From Pseudomonadota bacterium (GTDB lineage: Bacteria; Bdellovibrionota_G; JALEGL01; DATDPG01): DNA of 64,000 nucleotides. The notes under the pieces were generated by a model, which did not search any database, was not told the origin of the DNA, and saw only the letters and a list, made by a program, of their open reading frames with translations. The stretch lies in contig JAZDDX010000017.1 in assembly GCA_043809315.1 (NCBI GenBank), positions 1 to 64,000 of the forward strand. The letters run 5' to 3'. The translations under genes were made by a program, and so were the position numbers. Positions 30,923 to 40,943 of this stretch are shown in pieces (within the stretch, counting starts at the first letter, position 1; every line of letters starts with the position of its first letter).

Positions 30923-31837
30923 ATGCTCAAGAAGCTTCAAATCGAAGGGGGTAGGGCGGTTCCCTCGACGGCCGATCCGGCGCCGATCTGGGTTTACGTC
31001 AATCCCGACGAGAGCGAGCGGAAACAGCTCGTCGAGACCCTCAAGATCGACGAACACACGCTGGCGTCCGCCCTCGATCCGGACGAGGTCTCCCGGATGG
31101 AGACGGAGCCGGAACATGTCGCGGTCGTCTTCAAGCGGCCGAAGACCTACCGCGCCGAAGACAACCTGACGTTCAAGACCCTCTCGACCGGCCTGTTCCT
31201 GTTCAAGGAACGGGTGATCGTGGTGATGACTGACGACGTCCCGCTCTTCAACGGGAAATCGATTCCGCCCAGGGCGACGTCGGCCGATCTCATGCTTCGC
31301 ATCCTTTCCTCGACGATCGCGCACTTCATCGGACATCTGCGCTCGATCGTGATGATCTCGGAAGAGGTAGAACAGAAGATCCACCGATCGATGGAGAACA
31401 AGTTCCTGTTCAATCTCTTCACGCTGGAAAAAAGCCTGGTCTACTACCTGAACGCGTTGAACGGGAACGCGGTGGTGATCGACAAGCTGCGGAACAACTC
31501 CACCCGTCTCGGCTTCACGCAGGAGCAGCAGGAGTTCCTGGAGGATCTCGCGATCGAGAACCAGCAGTGCTACCGCCAAGCGGAGATCTACTCGAACATT
31601 CTCTCGAGTCTCATGGACGCCCGGGCTTCGATCGTCGGAAACAACCTGAACCGGCTGATGAAGACGCTCACGATCATCACGTTGGGGGTAATGCTGCCCA
31701 CATTGGTGGTGAGCATCTTCTCGATGAACGTCGGGATTCCGCTTCAGAGCTACCCGCACGCGTTCTGGATCATCATGGGGCTCGCCGCCGTTTCGTCCGC
31801 CGCCGTCGTGATGGTCTGGCGCTGGAAGCGGTGGTAG
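30923..31837 (+). CDS. corA: CorA family divalent-cation transporter
   Basis: N.LNRLMKTLT..., SMN variant of the GMN motif, two C-terminal TM helices. Confidence 0.88.
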   Translation: MLKKLQIEGGRAVPSTADPAPIWVYVNPDESERKQLVETLKIDEHTLASALDPDEVSRMETEPEHVAVVFKRPKTYRAEDNLTFKTLSTGLFLFKERVIVVMTDDVPLFNGKSIPPRATSADLMLRILSSTIAHFIGHLRSIVMISEEVEQKIHRSMENKFLFNLFTLEKSLVYYLNALNGNAVVIDKLRNNSTRLGFTQEQQEFLEDLAIENQQCYRQAEIYSNILSSLMDARASIVGNNLNRLMKTLTIITLGVMLPTLVVSIFSMNVGIPLQSYPHAFWIIMGLAAVSSAAVVMVWRWKRW

Positions 31838-31889
31838 GCGGGAAACCAACTCTAGTTCCCGCGCACGGACGGATGATTTTCAAACCTAT

Positions 31890-32837
31890 TTATAACTTGT
31901 AGATCGCAAATAGCGTTGTCCCCTTGGGGTCTTCGCTACTGCATGTCACTACGTTCGAGTTTGGATTGCCCGACAGATCGCATCTAAACGATCCGAATTC
32001 ATGGAAACTTGAGGCGCCATCTCCGTCGTACAAGCCCCTTTGCCCGGAAAAAATCAGATCCGAGGTGCGTGGTACAACAAGGTATTGATCACCGGCAATC
32101 TCGTTCAGAATGTTGGGTTCGTTGATGGGGTTCCAGTTACCCAAGAAGGCTGTTGGCGATTGATCGCCAACCATCAGACGGAAGGGCCCCGAAGGGACCG
32201 GCTTGGAATCCAACTTAATGGATCGGAATTGGACGAGAAGGTGTTTACCATCTTCTGCTGTGATCTCGCTGCCCGTGGCTGGCGATGGGTACGCCGCCTT
32301 GATCGAGTAGTTCAGGAAACCAATCGGAGACTGATTCAGTGCCAGCGTGATGGCCTGGTCGGTGGCGTCGTTACGAGGTTCGATATTGTGACAAGACACC
32401 CCCAACAAAAGGTCATGACTGTCATGGAACTCGAAGCAAACATTGTATCTCCCGTTGATTGTCGACTTTGCGTCCAAGAATACCGGCGGACCGTTCAATG
32501 AGTACTGCACATGCGGGGTTACTTCCTCTTGGATCATAATCAGCTGATGTGTTTGTCGGATCAGTTGAGCAGAAGTCTCCGAGAGATTGCTAGGCGCGAC
32601 ATACAAGTTAAGATCAAAAGAGGAGGGCTTAACTTTACCGAACGTAAAGTAGTTCACCAACGAGGTGAAACCCGCGGAAGAGTACAAACTTTTGCTGAAA
32701 CTGATGGTTCGGACGGTAAGCAGATGCCCGGCAGGATCCGCCCAAGCAACAGGAACAACAATGAAAGGCACCGAGAAGAACAGTAAGAAGACAATTCTTT
32801 TAAGCCACGGACACGCCGGTCTTGAGATTGTTGTCAT
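31890..32837 (-). CDS. Hypothetical exported protein with atypical (AT-richer) composition
   Basis: ATG 32837 with AGGGAG SD; signal peptide; no recognisable family. Confidence 0.65.
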   Translation of the reverse strand: MTTISRPACPWLKRIVFLLFFSVPFIVVPVAWADPAGHLLTVRTISFSKSLYSSAGFTSLVNYFTFGKVKPSSFDLNLYVAPSNLSETSAQLIRQTHQLIMIQEEVTPHVQYSLNGPPVFLDAKSTINGRYNVCFEFHDSHDLLLGVSCHNIEPRNDATDQAITLALNQSPIGFLNYSIKAAYPSPATGSEITAEDGKHLLVQFRSIKLDSKPVPSGPFRLMVGDQSPTAFLGNWNPINEPNILNEIAGDQYLVVPRTSDLIFSGQRGLYDGDGASSFHEFGSFRCDLSGNPNSNVVTCSSEDPKGTTLFAIYKL

Positions 32838-32985
32838 TGTCGAGTTCTCCCTTTCTTGGAAAATTACGGGACTGCGGTGCGGTATATCAAAGGTCGTGAC
32901 GCGAAGCAATGCGGCACAATCTGTAACTAGAGCAGTGTCCCCGATGGATCCGACCGCTGTGAATTCAATGGGTTAGAAAGGGTCC

Positions 32986-33005
32986 TGGCGGAGAGGGGGG
33001 GAAGC
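32986..33005 (-). repeat. att core copy 1 (tRNA-Ser 3' end)
   Basis: TGGCGGAGAGGGGGGGAAGC, identical over 20 bp to 42890-42909; arm-like CTGTTACCC x2 at 33119-33138. Confidence 0.85.
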
Positions 33006-33152
33006 TGCTCCGCCCCTCGTAACTACGCAAGAAAACAGAAAAAATCTATCACATCAACGGGCTAGCAATCCTTCAATATCATCCGAGTACATCCGTTTAC
33101 ACGCATTTACAGGGTCACCTGTTACCCAACTGTTACCCTAAAGGTGGCCTAA

Positions 33153-34271
33153 TCAGAGTTTGAGTTGCAGCTGGGCGCGGACCTGGTGGTCGAGTTCGTC
33201 CTTCCCCGCCGCTAGACCGTCCTTCACCGTCAGGGCGCTGTAATCGAGCTGCAACTTCAACTGGTGCCCGTTATAGAAGAAGTAGTTCACTCCGGCCGTG
33301 TACTCCCCGAGGTCCTTGGCCGATTCCGCGTAGATATGTGCGAGACGCAGGCCGAACTCCAGCTTCTCGGGAATCACGAAATAGCCGGCTTGCGCCAGAA
33401 ATCCCCTGTCATCCATCGCGGGGCCGGTTTGAGGGTTGACTTGCTGGGAGAGATAGGCGGCGTGAAATCCGAGACCGTGGTATTTCGCGCTGGCATCCGC
33501 CGTAAGAGAGGTGACTTTCTTGGTCGTGGTGGGAGTCGTCTTTCCTGCCGGGATGGTAGCCGGGTCGGGGGTGTCATTGTACATGCCCCCCACGGCCAAA
33601 GCGACCTGAGGTTTCTGACTGTTCTTCGTATCTGAGAACTCCATTCCGTGTTCGCCGGCGACGTTCCAGATGAATCGCCAGGCGTATCGGAGCGCTTTAT
33701 TCTGATTGAGCGTATTCAACCCTTCGCCATTGAATGCTCCCACGTTGTATTCGAATCGTCGGTTCAATAAGAGCCCATTGAACCCGGCTCCCGGCTCACG
33801 TTCGTCCGAGACTCCAAAGAACGGGAACACGATCGAACGATCCACGAACTGCAGTGTCGAGCTCGAAGCGGCCTGTTCGAGGGAGAAAGGAACGTGGTAC
33901 TGGCCGAAGCGGAACTTCAGCGCGTCCGACTGAACCAGCTGAACCGACGCCTCCATCAACTTGCTCACGGCCCAGTCGTATTCCACCTCGTATTGAACAT
34001 CCTTGCTGAAGAAATACCCGGACCAGATGAATCGTGCCCGTCGGATCCGGAACGTGCGCGTCTCCGCCCGGCTGTCCGGGAACTTGTTGTCGAAATACGG
34101 CTGCAGATAACCTCTCAGGACGAGCTTGAAGTTTTTGTCGGCCGTTTCGATGAAGAACCCTTTGTCGTACCCGACGCTGGGTAGCGCACTTGGGGCTGCC
34201 TCCTCGGAGCGGGCCGTTGGAGCCCATATCGCACATACCAAGAGCAGTCCCAGAAGCGTTCGTTTATTCAT
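33153..34271 (-). CDS. Phosphate-selective porin (OprO/OprP family)
   Basis: Signal peptide; FRIRRAR, GQY.VPF.LE...SS..LQFVDRS; amphipathic beta-strands; operon context. Confidence 0.85.
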   Translation of the reverse strand: MNKRTLLGLLLVCAIWAPTARSEEAAPSALPSVGYDKGFFIETADKNFKLVLRGYLQPYFDNKFPDSRAETRTFRIRRARFIWSGYFFSKDVQYEVEYDWAVSKLMEASVQLVQSDALKFRFGQYHVPFSLEQAASSSTLQFVDRSIVFPFFGVSDEREPGAGFNGLLLNRRFEYNVGAFNGEGLNTLNQNKALRYAWRFIWNVAGEHGMEFSDTKNSQKPQVALAVGGMYNDTPDPATIPAGKTTPTTTKKVTSLTADASAKYHGLGFHAAYLSQQVNPQTGPAMDDRGFLAQAGYFVIPEKLEFGLRLAHIYAESAKDLGEYTAGVNYFFYNGHQLKLQLDYSALTVKDGLAAGKDELDHQVRAQLQLKL

Positions 34272-34306
34272 TCGTCTCCCTTCGCTCCGGGGAAATACCG
34301 GACGAT

Positions 34307-34323
34307 GATTAACGTTTGATAAA
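34307..34323 (-). promoter_or_regulatory. Putative Pho box upstream of the porin
   Basis: Minus strand TTTATC-N5-TTAATC (11-bp period). Confidence 0.5.
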
Positions 34324-34331
34324 GAGCGGGC

Positions 34332-35078
34332 CTAACCGAACCGACCCGAGATGTAGTCCTCGGTTCGCTTGTCGGTCGGGGTGGTGAAGATCTTGGAAGT
34401 CGAACCGAACTCCACGAGCTCCCCTAGCAACATGAAACCGCTGTCCTCCGAGACCCGCGCCGCCTGCTGCATGTTGTGGGTCACGATCACGATCGTGTAG
34501 TCCTGTTTTAGCTCCCGCATCAGATCCTCGATCCTTCCAGTCGCGACCGGATCGAGCGCCGAACAGGGTTCATCCATCAGCAGGATGTCCGGCCCGACCG
34601 CGAGCAGCCTTGCGATACAGAGCCGCTGCTGCTGCTCGCCGCTCAACGTGAGCGCGTTCGCCCGGAGTCGGTCTTTGAGATCGTTCCAGAGACCTACCGC
34701 CGTGAGGGTCTTCTCGACCGCTTCATTGAGTTCCGACCGCTTCGGCTCGCCGTGAATCCGAAGGCCGTAGACGATGTTCTCGTAGATCGTGAGAGGGAAG
34801 GGGTTGGGGCGCTGGAAGACCATGCCTACCCGTTTCCGAAGCTTGTGGGTCTTCGAACCAAGCAGTGGTTCCCCGAAGATCCGGACATCCCCCGTGATCC
34901 GGACGCCGGCGATCAGGTCGTTCATCCGGTTGAAAACCCGAAGAAGCGTCGACTTCCCGCATCCGGACGGTCCGATCAGCGCCGTCACCCGCTTCGGTGC
35001 CACCGCTATGTCGATCCCCTTGAGCGCCTGAAAATCGCCGTAGAACAGATCCAACTTCTTGCAGGTGATCGCATCCAT
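34332..35078 (-). CDS. pstB: Phosphate ABC ATPase
   Basis: [34 protein letters not shown]; signature variant LSGEQ. Confidence 0.95.
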   Translation of the reverse strand: MDAITCKKLDLFYGDFQALKGIDIAVAPKRVTALIGPSGCGKSTLLRVFNRMNDLIAGVRITGDVRIFGEPLLGSKTHKLRKRVGMVFQRPNPFPLTIYENIVYGLRIHGEPKRSELNEAVEKTLTAVGLWNDLKDRLRANALTLSGEQQQRLCIARLLAVGPDILLMDEPCSALDPVATGRIEDLMRELKQDYTIVIVTHNMQQAARVSEDSGFMLLGELVEFGSTSKIFTTPTDKRTEDYISGRFG

Positions 35079-35081
35079 CCG

Positions 35082-35840
35082 TTATCCGAACTTCCCGGTC
35101 AGGAACGCCTCCGTGCGGGGATCGGAAGCGCTCGTGAACATCTTTTCCGTCCGGTCCACCTCCACCAACTCCCCCATCAGGAGAAACGCGGTCCGGTCCC
35201 CCACCCGGGCCGCCTGCTTCGTGTTGTTCGTGACGAGAATCAATGTGTGCCGTGCTTTCAACTCCCGCATCGCGCTCTCCACCTGAGCGGTGGAGATCGG
35301 GTCGAGGCCGGAGCAGGGCTCGTCGAACATCACGACCTCCGGGCGAACGGCCAACGTCCGGGCGATGCAGAGCCGTTGCTGTTGCCCCCCGGAGAGGCGG
35401 AGCGCGGAACTCTCCAGGCGGTCTTTCACCTCTTCCCAGAGAAAAGCGTCGCGGAGCGATTTTTCGACGACGAGATCGGCATCTTCGCGGCTCAGTTTCT
35501 GTTTCATCTTCACGCCGAACAGGACGTTGTCGCGAATGCTCATCGGAAGGGGAATTGGGAGGGCGAAGACGAGCCCCACGCGCCGGCGCAGCTGCTGAAG
35601 ATCTCGGATCTCCGTTACGGAGTAACCGTCGAGGAGAACCTGTCCCTCAACCGAGACATCCGGACTCCGCTCGATCATCCGGTTGATCGCGAGGAGAAGC
35701 GTCGTTTTTCCCGAGTTGGCGGGGCCGATGATCGTGAAGATCTCGTTCGCCCGGATCTCCATCGAGACCCCTTTGAGGGCCTCCGTCTTTCCGTAGCGGA
35801 TGTTCAGATTCTCGAGGGCGATCTTGGCTTCAGACGGCAC
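35082..35840 (-). CDS. pstB: Second phosphate ABC ATPase (degenerate Q-loop and H-loop)
   Basis: [31 protein letters not shown] and VTNN variants. Confidence 0.9.
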   Translation of the reverse strand: MPSEAKIALENLNIRYGKTEALKGVSMEIRANEIFTIIGPANSGKTTLLLAINRMIERSPDVSVEGQVLLDGYSVTEIRDLQQLRRRVGLVFALPIPLPMSIRDNVLFGVKMKQKLSREDADLVVEKSLRDAFLWEEVKDRLESSALRLSGGQQQRLCIARTLAVRPEVVMFDEPCSGLDPISTAQVESAMRELKARHTLILVTNNTKQAARVGDRTAFLLMGELVEVDRTEKMFTSASDPRTEAFLTGKFG

Positions 35841-36675
35841 GGCGTCCCCGCATCAGACGGTGCATGAGCGAATAGGCGGTCACGTTGATCACGAGAATCG
35901 TCAAGATCAGGACGGCCGCCGTGGCGTACGCGTTCTCGTTGGAGACCCCCTCACGGGCCAGGATGTAGAAGTGGACCGCCATCGTACGGGCGGAATCGAA
36001 GAGGGACCCCGGCATCCGGATCGCGGAGCCGGCGGTGAAGATCACGACGGCGGTCTCCTCGATCGACCGGCCGATTCCTAAGATCACGCCGGTCAGGATT
36101 CCGGGAAGGGCGTACGGTATCACCGAGCGGGTCACCACCTGCCAGCGGGAGCCTCCGAGCGACGCCGCCACGTCCCGGTACGAGCGTGGAACCGCGCGCA
36201 ACGCCTCCTCCGAAGTCCGGATGACGGTGGGGAGGATCATTGCGGCGAGCGACAACCCGCCGGAGAGGATCGACCATCCGAACCCGAGCATGACGACGAA
36301 CAGGATGAAACCGAACAGACCGAAGATGATCGAGGGCACCCCGGCCAGGCAGTTGATTCCGAACCGGATCGCCTGTGTCGTCGGTCCCTCCGCCGTGTAC
36401 TCGGCCAGGTAGATCGAGCTCGCGATCCCGAGCGGAGCCGCGATCCCGACCGCCACGAGGACCATCATCAGCGTCCCGACGATCGCCGGGAGGATCCCCC
36501 CTTTCCTCCCCATGTCGAGAATCGGTTCGGTCAGGAAGGCCCAGCTTACATGTCGCAGACCGTTCACCAGGACGTACCCGATCACGAAAACGAGCGCCGC
36601 CACGGCGGTGACGCACGAAAGGAGCAGGAGCGTCTTGGCGATCTTCTGCGCTACGGGGGGGGAGACGAGGCGCAT
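35830..36675 (-). CDS. pstA: Phosphate ABC permease
   Basis: GGILPAIVGT, LAGVPSIIFGLFG, EEALRAVP. Confidence 0.95.
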   Translation of the reverse strand: MRLVSPPVAQKIAKTLLLLSCVTAVAALVFVIGYVLVNGLRHVSWAFLTEPILDMGRKGGILPAIVGTLMMVLVAVGIAAPLGIASSIYLAEYTAEGPTTQAIRFGINCLAGVPSIIFGLFGFILFVVMLGFGWSILSGGLSLAAMILPTVIRTSEEALRAVPRSYRDVAASLGGSRWQVVTRSVIPYALPGILTGVILGIGRSIEETAVVIFTAGSAIRMPGSLFDSARTMAVHFYILAREGVSNENAYATAAVLILTILVINVTAYSLMHRLMRGRRAV

Positions 36676-36676
36676 C

Positions 36677-37513
36677 CTAGAATTTCCTTTTCGCCACCCG
36701 CAGAGCAGCGGCGTTCAAAATCATGATGAAGAAGAAGAGGACCACTCCGGTCGCGAAGAGCGCTTTCTGATGGTCCCCCATCGCGTACCCCATCTCGATC
36801 GCGATGTTGGCGGTGAGCGTCCGGACCGAGTCGAGCGGGGAGTTGGGGATCTGGATGGCGTTCCCGGAGATCATGATCACCGCCATCGTCTCCCCCACCG
36901 CGCGCCCCATTCCGAGAATCACGCCGGCCAGGATTCCGTTCCGCGCCGCGGGGAGAAGGACGCGCCAGGTCGTCTGCCAGTCGGTCGCCCCCAGCGCGAG
37001 GGACCCCTCCTTGTACGACTTAGGTACCGCCTGCAGGGCGTCGATCGAGATCCCGACGATCGTCGGAAGGATCATGACGGCCAGAACGAACGAGGCCGCC
37101 AGGATCGAAAGCCCCGGCCCGCCCAGTTGCGCGCGAATCAGCGGCGCGAGCCACATCACGCCGAGAAACCCGTAGACGACGGAGGGGATCCCGGCCAAAA
37201 GCTCGATCGCCGGTTTCAGGATCAGCGCCCAGCGGCGCGGGGCGAACTCGGCGATGTAGACGGCGCACGAAACTCCGAGAGGCACCCCGATGGCGAGCGA
37301 ACCGACGGTCACCCAGACCGACCCGACGATGAACGGGAGGATCCCGAACTCCCCCTCGAGCGGCGCCCAGTTCCGTCCCAGCAGAAAATGAAACAGGCCG
37401 CTCTGGGCCATGATCGGGACCCCCTCCTTGAAGATGAAGAGGGCGATCAGCGCGAGGATCGCGGTCGAGGAGCAGGCCGCGAGGAAGAGCAGCTTCGAGA
37501 TGAAACGATCCAT
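36677..37513 (-). CDS. pstC: Phosphate ABC permease
   Basis: ELLAGIPSVVYG, GRAVGETMAV. Confidence 0.95.
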   Translation of the reverse strand: MDRFISKLLFLAACSSTAILALIALFIFKEGVPIMAQSGLFHFLLGRNWAPLEGEFGILPFIVGSVWVTVGSLAIGVPLGVSCAVYIAEFAPRRWALILKPAIELLAGIPSVVYGFLGVMWLAPLIRAQLGGPGLSILAASFVLAVMILPTIVGISIDALQAVPKSYKEGSLALGATDWQTTWRVLLPAARNGILAGVILGMGRAVGETMAVIMISGNAIQIPNSPLDSVRTLTANIAIEMGYAMGDHQKALFATGVVLFFFIMILNAAALRVAKRKF

Positions 37514-37520
37514 CCGGGGG

Positions 37521-38306
37521 TTACTTGGCGGCGATCAGCCCCTCCTTCTCGAGAAGCTTCTGCCCCTCCGCGGAGACGACGTAGTCGATGAACGCCTTGG
37601 CGACCCCCGTGGGGGCCCCTTTCGTGAGGAAAAAGACCGGGCGGGCCAGGGGATAGTTCCCTTTCTTGACGTTTTCGTTGGTCGGCGCAACGCCGTCGAA
37701 CGGGAGTCCTTTTACCTTCTCGTTCAAGAGACCGATCGAGAGATAGGAGACCGCCTGCGGATCGCTCGCCACCGCCTCGCGGATCGTGCCGTTGGAGTTC
37801 TGGTAGAGAGCGTTCGGGGCGAGCTTCTCCCCTTTGAGAACCAGCTTGTCGAACGAGCGGCGGGTGCCGCTCCCCTCCTCCCGCGAGATCACACGGACCG
37901 GGGCGTCGGCCCCTCCGAGCCCCTTCCAGTTGGAGATCTTCCCGGAAAAGAGATCCTTCGCCTGAACGGCCGTCAGCCCTTTGAGCGGATTGGCCGGGTG
38001 CACGACGATCGCGATCCCGTCCCTCGCCACGACGGTGGAGGTGAGCCCCTTCGCCTCCGGCGGAAGCACCAGGAGATCGGCCATCCCGATCTGCGCCGCC
38101 CCGGTGAGCGCCGACTGGACCCCCACCGCCGAGCCCCCCCCTTGGACGTCGATCTGCGCCTTCGGGTGCGCGGCGATGAAATGCTCCGCGAGTTTTTCTG
38201 CGAACGGTTGGAACGCGGTAGACCCCGCAAGTGTCACGGTTTCACGCGACGAACCCCAAGCCACGCTCAAAGCGCCGGCGACGATCAGCAACATGTATTT
38301 TTTCAT
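37521..38306 (-). CDS. pstS: Phosphate-binding protein
   Basis: GSTAFQP, GGGS..G, REEGSGTR, YPLARP. Confidence 0.93.
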   Translation of the reverse strand: MKKYMLLIVAGALSVAWGSSRETVTLAGSTAFQPFAEKLAEHFIAAHPKAQIDVQGGGSAVGVQSALTGAAQIGMADLLVLPPEAKGLTSTVVARDGIAIVVHPANPLKGLTAVQAKDLFSGKISNWKGLGGADAPVRVISREEGSGTRRSFDKLVLKGEKLAPNALYQNSNGTIREAVASDPQAVSYLSIGLLNEKVKGLPFDGVAPTNENVKKGNYPLARPVFFLTKGAPTGVAKAFIDYVVSAEGQKLLEKEGLIAAK

Positions 38307-38310
38307 TTTC

Positions 38311-39000
38311 CTATCTCCTTTCTTTGGTTTGATTCGATCCCGACTCCCCCACCCACCGGTGGCGGATGATCTTCCCCTCCACCATGTAGACCACGTCCTG
38401 GGCGATGTTGGTCGCCATGTCCGCGATCCGCTCCAACCTCCTGGCGGTCGTCAGGAGGTCGAGAAGCGCGTCGATCTGATCCGGGTGCTGGAAGATCCGA
38501 TCCCGGATCTCTTGAAAAACCTCCCGATGAATCCGATCGGCCTCCGAGTCGCTCGAACAGACCTTGCGGGCCAGGCCGCTGTCCCGTTTCACGAACGAAT
38601 CGAGGCTGTCGCGAAGCATCTGTCTTGCCACCCCGCCGAGGACCTTGAGATTCTTCGGAGTGGGGATCGAGAATTTCGCGAACTCCAGCGTGCGTTCCGC
38701 GATGCTGACGGCGTAGTCCCCGACCCGTTCCAGATCGTTGTTGATCCGGATCACCGCTGCGAGGAAGCGCAGATCCTGGGCGACCGGTTGGTGGAGAGCC
38801 AGGATCTTGAGACAGCTCTCCTCGATCTCGACCTCCAACTGGTCGATCTTTTCGTCCTCTTGGACGACTTTCTCCGCCAACTCGACACGGCGCTCGTCCA
38901 GGGCGACCATCGATTTCTCGATTGCCTCCTCGACCATTGCGCCGCAGGTCAGAACGTCCCGTTTCAAACGGTCCAGTTCCCGCTCCAGGTGGATCGACAT
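38311..39000 (-). CDS. phoU: Phosphate signalling regulator
   Basis: QPVAQDLR, DLERVGD, LERIAD.ATNIA. Confidence 0.95.
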   Translation of the reverse strand: MSIHLERELDRLKRDVLTCGAMVEEAIEKSMVALDERRVELAEKVVQEDEKIDQLEVEIEESCLKILALHQPVAQDLRFLAAVIRINNDLERVGDYAVSIAERTLEFAKFSIPTPKNLKVLGGVARQMLRDSLDSFVKRDSGLARKVCSSDSEADRIHREVFQEIRDRIFQHPDQIDALLDLLTTARRLERIADMATNIAQDVVYMVEGKIIRHRWVGESGSNQTKERR

Positions 39001-39022
39001 GGCCGACACCCTAACGTGCCTT

Positions 39023-39039
39023 CATTAAGATTGAGTAAA
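39023..39039 (-). promoter_or_regulatory. Putative Pho box upstream of phoU-pst
   Basis: Minus strand TTTACT-N5-TTAATG; a further TTTAAT-N5-TTTACG at ~39136-39152. Confidence 0.5.
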
Positions 39040-39170
39040 TGCCCCCAAAAACCGACGGGCCGTCTGTACAAGGCGGCCCGCTGGAGTCGTAAAAGGATCC
39101 TGTGTGATCTCTCACGCGGAATTCTTCATGGAAAACGTAAAGACAGATTAAAGGGGGCGTTAATCTTCCG

Positions 39171-40943
39171 TTAAGAGAGCGGAAGCGAGACGGTGAACCG
39201 GCTCCCTCGGCCGACCTCGCTCGCCACCGCAATTGATCCGTTGAGCTGCGTTGCAAGGTGTTTCGCGATCGACAGGCCGAGTCCGGTACCGCCCGCCTCA
39301 ATCGAGCGCGCCTTGTCTACGCGGTAGAATCGTTCGAAGATCCTCTCCTGGTCCCCCTTGGGAATTCCGACTCCCGTATCTTCCACATCGATCGCCACTC
39401 CGCCATGGATCATGCGCAAGCGAACGACGACCTTTCCTCCCTTTGGTGTGTACTTGACCGCGTTGTCCAAGAGGTTGTCGAGAATCTCCCCCAGGGATGC
39501 CGGATCGGTCGTGAAGCGGACCTCTTCGGCCGGAATGTTCGCAGCGAGCGTCAACGATTTCTTTTCCGCGCCGGGCCGGAACCGCTCGACCGCATCTGCC
39601 ACCAACATTCTGCCATCGACCAAGCGAAGATCTGGCGTGCGGCGCCCCGATTCGATTCTCGAAAGCGCCAGAAGATCATCCGCGAGCGTCGCCAGCCGGT
39701 CAACGTTGGCCGAGAGCTGGTCGAGGAAAAGCCGGCGTGTGGCTTCATCCTCTACACCGACCTCCCGCAGAGTGTCCGCGTACCCCTTGATCACGGCGAG
39801 CGGGGTCTTGAGCTCGTGCGAGGCGTTGCCGACAAAGTCCTGCCGAGCTCGTTCCAGAAAACGGAGTTCCGTGACATCGTGAAACACGACGATCACCCCG
39901 GAACCGCCCAAAACCGCGCAGGTGCTGCCATGTGCTTGGATCGTTCGTTCGCCGTCTTTCCGGAACAGGCTGATCTCCCTCGACATCGGGGAACCGGTTT
40001 TCCGGACGTGGCCCACCATCTCGAGAACCGGTGAGATCCGGAGCAGCTCCTCGACCGCAACCCCTTGCTTTGGTGGATCTAACCAGTCGAGCAGGCGAGT
40101 CGCAGAGTCATTCCAGTAGAGAAGCCGGTTGTGCGCGTCCACCGTGATCATCCCACCATGGAGGGCGGAAAGTGCGAGATCGAGCTTCTCCGTCGCTTCC
40201 TCCGTCGACGCAGTTCTTCGCTCGAGCTCCGCCGCCATATCGTTGATGGCTGACGCGAGATCTCCGAAATCGTCCGGCGGTCGATTCCAGATTCGCGCCT
40301 TGAGATCGCCGCGGCGGATCGCCGACACGGTTTTCCCCATTTCAACCAGGGGATCCGCCACGCTGTCAGTCAGCCACGCGGACAGAAGCAATGCCAGGAT
40401 CAGGCTTGCGAAGAGACTCCAGAAGAGCGCTCGACGTGCCGGGGCGAGTCCTTTCGTAACCCGAGCCTTCGGAACCGCGACGCGAATTACCGCCTGTAGG
40501 GCCGCGTCCGTACGGATGGCCTGGGCGAAATAAAGCATGTTCATGTGCAACGTCGCACTGAATCGCTCGGCTGATCCCGTGCCGGAATCGATGGCCTCGC
40601 GGACCTCCGGGCGATTCAAATGGTTCTCCATCTTGTCGGGGAGTTCGCTGGAATCGGCCCGAACGGAACCATCCGGAGCGATGATGGTAATCCGGTAGGC
40701 GGATGCTTGACCGAACTCTGTGACCATCGATGCGAGTCGTTCCGGGTGCTCTTGGAATAGGCCGCTGCGAAACTCGGAAGTCAGGAGCGCCGATGCAGCC
40801 GAGAGATTTTGCCGGATATCGGCGATTACCCGCTCGCGATAGACATGTTCGAACCAGAGCCCGACCAACACGGCGACTGCAAACGACACACCAAGCACGC
40901 TTGTGAACAATCTCCGGGCAAGGCGGGAGGAGAACAGCTTCAT
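39171..40943 (-). CDS. phoR: PhoR-type sensor histidine kinase (HAMP, PAS)
   Basis: ENHLNRPEV, SHELKTPL, NLLDNAVKY, FERFYRVDKARS, GGTGLGL. Confidence 0.92.
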   Translation of the reverse strand: MKLFSSRLARRLFTSVLGVSFAVAVLVGLWFEHVYRERVIADIRQNLSAASALLTSEFRSGLFQEHPERLASMVTEFGQASAYRITIIAPDGSVRADSSELPDKMENHLNRPEVREAIDSGTGSAERFSATLHMNMLYFAQAIRTDAALQAVIRVAVPKARVTKGLAPARRALFWSLFASLILALLLSAWLTDSVADPLVEMGKTVSAIRRGDLKARIWNRPPDDFGDLASAINDMAAELERRTASTEEATEKLDLALSALHGGMITVDAHNRLLYWNDSATRLLDWLDPPKQGVAVEELLRISPVLEMVGHVRKTGSPMSREISLFRKDGERTIQAHGSTCAVLGGSGVIVVFHDVTELRFLERARQDFVGNASHELKTPLAVIKGYADTLREVGVEDEATRRLFLDQLSANVDRLATLADDLLALSRIESGRRTPDLRLVDGRMLVADAVERFRPGAEKKSLTLAANIPAEEVRFTTDPASLGEILDNLLDNAVKYTPKGGKVVVRLRMIHGGVAIDVEDTGVGIPKGDQERIFERFYRVDKARSIEAGGTGLGLSIAKHLATQLNGSIAVASEVGRGSRFTVSLPLS

